DNA of 37,750 nt from positions 1 through 37,750 of the forward strand of contig JAHZKU010000193.1 in NCBI GenBank assembly GCA_022600255.1, in the 5' to 3' direction. The DNA is from Actinomycetes bacterium. GTDB lineage: Bacteria > Actinomycetota > Actinomycetes > S36-B12 > GCA-2699445. Positions 36,600 to 37,750 of the stretch are shown here, piece by piece. Within the stretch, counting starts at the first letter, position 1; each line of letters starts with the position of its first letter. Position numbers and translations under genes: made by a program. Under the pieces are notes generated by a model. It did no database searches, had not been told where the DNA came from, and saw nothing but the letters and a program-made list of their open reading frames with translations.

Positions 36600-37750
36600 A
36601 TGAGCGAACACAATGGCAGAACCTTGGCCGAGAAGGTCTGGGCGGACCATATCGTCGTCCCCGGCACGGACAGCCCGGATCTTCTCTACATTGATTTGCA
36701 CCTGATCCATGAGGTGACCAGTCCGCAGGCGTTCGAAGGGCTGCGTGAGACGAATCGTCCAGTGCGTCGGCCAGACCTAACCCTCGCCACAGAGGACCAC
36801 AACGTCCCCACTGAGGACATCCAGAAGCCGATTGCAGATCCCGTCAGCCGAGCCCAAGTCGAGGCGTTGCGGGCAAACTGTGCCGAGTTTGGGGTGCCCC
36901 TTTACTCGTTGGGTAATGAGGAGCAGGGGATTGTCCATGTGGTCGGGCCGCAGTTGGGCCTAACGCAGCCGGGGATGACCGTGGTTTGCGGCGACTCACA
37001 CACTTCGACCCACGGGGCCTTTGGTGCATTGGCCTTCGGAATTGGCACCTCTGAAGTTGAGCATGTGCTGGCAACCCAAACGCTGCACCTTAAGCCGTTC
37101 AAGACAATGGCAATATCGGTTGATGGTGAGCTCCCCACTGGGGTAACCGCAAAAGACCTAATCCTGGCGGTTATCGCGTCGATTGGGACTGGCGGCGGAC
37201 AGGGGTATGTCCTGGAATACCGCGGCTCAGCTATCCGGTCGTTGTCCATGGAAGAACGCATGACCGTGTGCAACATGTCGATCGAAGCCGGCGCAAGGGC
37301 CGGCATGATCGCACCGGATGAAACCACGTTCTCGTATCTCAAGGGTCGACCGCACGCCCCAAAGGGCGCAGAATGGGATGCCGCTGTTGATTACTGGCGG
37401 TCCTTGGCCACCGATCCGGATGCGGTTTTCGACAACGAAGTGCACATTGATGCCTCCGAGCTGACGCCGTTCGTGACTTGGGGTACCAATCCAGGTCAGG
37501 GTGCTCCGCTGGGCGCCACGGTTCCTGAGCCCGCTGATTTCGCAACGGAGGTGGAGCAGCAGGCCGCCCAACGGGCCTTGGAATACATGGGGTTGAGTGC
37601 AGGCACGCCTCTGCGCGACATCGGAGTAGACACGGTCTTTGTTGGGTCTTGCACGAACGGACGGATTGAGGACTTGCGGTCGGTCGCAGAGGTGCTGGCG
37701 GGTCGCTCGGTTGCCGAATCAGTTCGTATGCTGATCGTGCCTGGATCGGT
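36600..37750 (+). CDS. leuC: 3-isopropylmalate dehydratase large subunit (3' end beyond the right edge)
   Basis: It is absent from the ORF track because no stop lies in the window. Translation from the ATG at 36600 (AGGAG RBS) reads [20 protein letters not shown]...[17 protein letters not shown]. The aconitase-family Fe-S ligand motifs [23 protein letters not shown] and [11 protein letters not shown] are present. Confidence 0.95.
   Translation, partial: MSEHNGRTLAEKVWADHIVVPGTDSPDLLYIDLHLIHEVTSPQAFEGLRETNRPVRRPDLTLATEDHNVPTEDIQKPIADPVSRAQVEALRANCAEFGVPLYSLGNEEQGIVHVVGPQLGLTQPGMTVVCGDSHTSTHGAFGALAFGIGTSEVEHVLATQTLHLKPFKTMAISVDGELPTGVTAKDLILAVIASIGTGGGQGYVLEYRGSAIRSLSMEERMTVCNMSIEAGARAGMIAPDETTFSYLKGRPHAPKGAEWDAAVDYWRSLATDPDAVFDNEVHIDASELTPFVTWGTNPGQGAPLGATVPEPADFATEVEQQAAQRALEYMGLSAGTPLRDIGVDTVFVGSCTNGRIEDLRSVAEVLAGRSVAESVRMLIVPGS

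Noticed and set aside
1-37750. A search for CRISPR arrays, transposases or IS ends, integrases, phage genes, toxin-antitoxin pairs, restriction-modification or other defence modules, and rRNA/tRNA genes.
   Set aside because: None found. All long ORFs are accounted for by housekeeping or envelope functions. No array-like repeats or terminal inverted repeats were seen. The window looks like a stable core region rather than an accessory island.

Overview
This window is a moderately high-GC actinobacterial chromosomal core segment, densely packed with housekeeping genes. I call 31 protein-coding genes. Two run off the window edges and are therefore missing from the ORF track: a DEAD-box helicase at the left edge and leuC at the right.

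The gene content falls into three groups:
- **Nitrogen block:** nadE, glnA2, glnE and glnA1, with a GlnR-type box upstream of glnA1.
- **Lipoate and 2-oxoacid dehydrogenase block:** pepA, lpd, sucB, lipB, lipA and a DUF4191 gene, followed by gcvT and a divergent IclR-regulator/leuC pair.
- **Other genes:** ppgK, map, a family III CoA-transferase, a secreted GDPD phosphodiesterase, an F420 reductase (npdG), panB, a 14-TM MFS exporter, an L,D-transpeptidase, RDD and DoxX-like membrane proteins, two SulP/STAS anion transporters and a mini-GNAT.

From memory, the order resembles the M. tuberculosis Rv2211c-Rv2225 and S. coelicolor pepA-lpd-sucB...lipB-lipA-glnA neighbourhoods, but with local insertions and an apparent inversion.

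I found no rRNA, tRNA, CRISPR array, transposase, integrase, phage or recognisable defence gene. I do not see a convincing multi-gene novel system. The items most worth a second look are:
- an uncharacterised 4-TM membrane protein inserted between lipB and lipA and translationally coupled to lipB;
- a perfect 16-bp palindrome with repeated half-sites where a glycine riboswitch might be expected, upstream of gcvT;
- a roughly 0.9-kb gene-poor stretch holding a decayed or small lipoprotein ORF;
- tandem direct repeats in the lipB/SulP divergent region;
- the DUF4191-lipoprotein pair downstream of lipA;
- a recurring leaderless-type promoter geometry.

All functional calls rest on motif recognition by eye. 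No database search was run.
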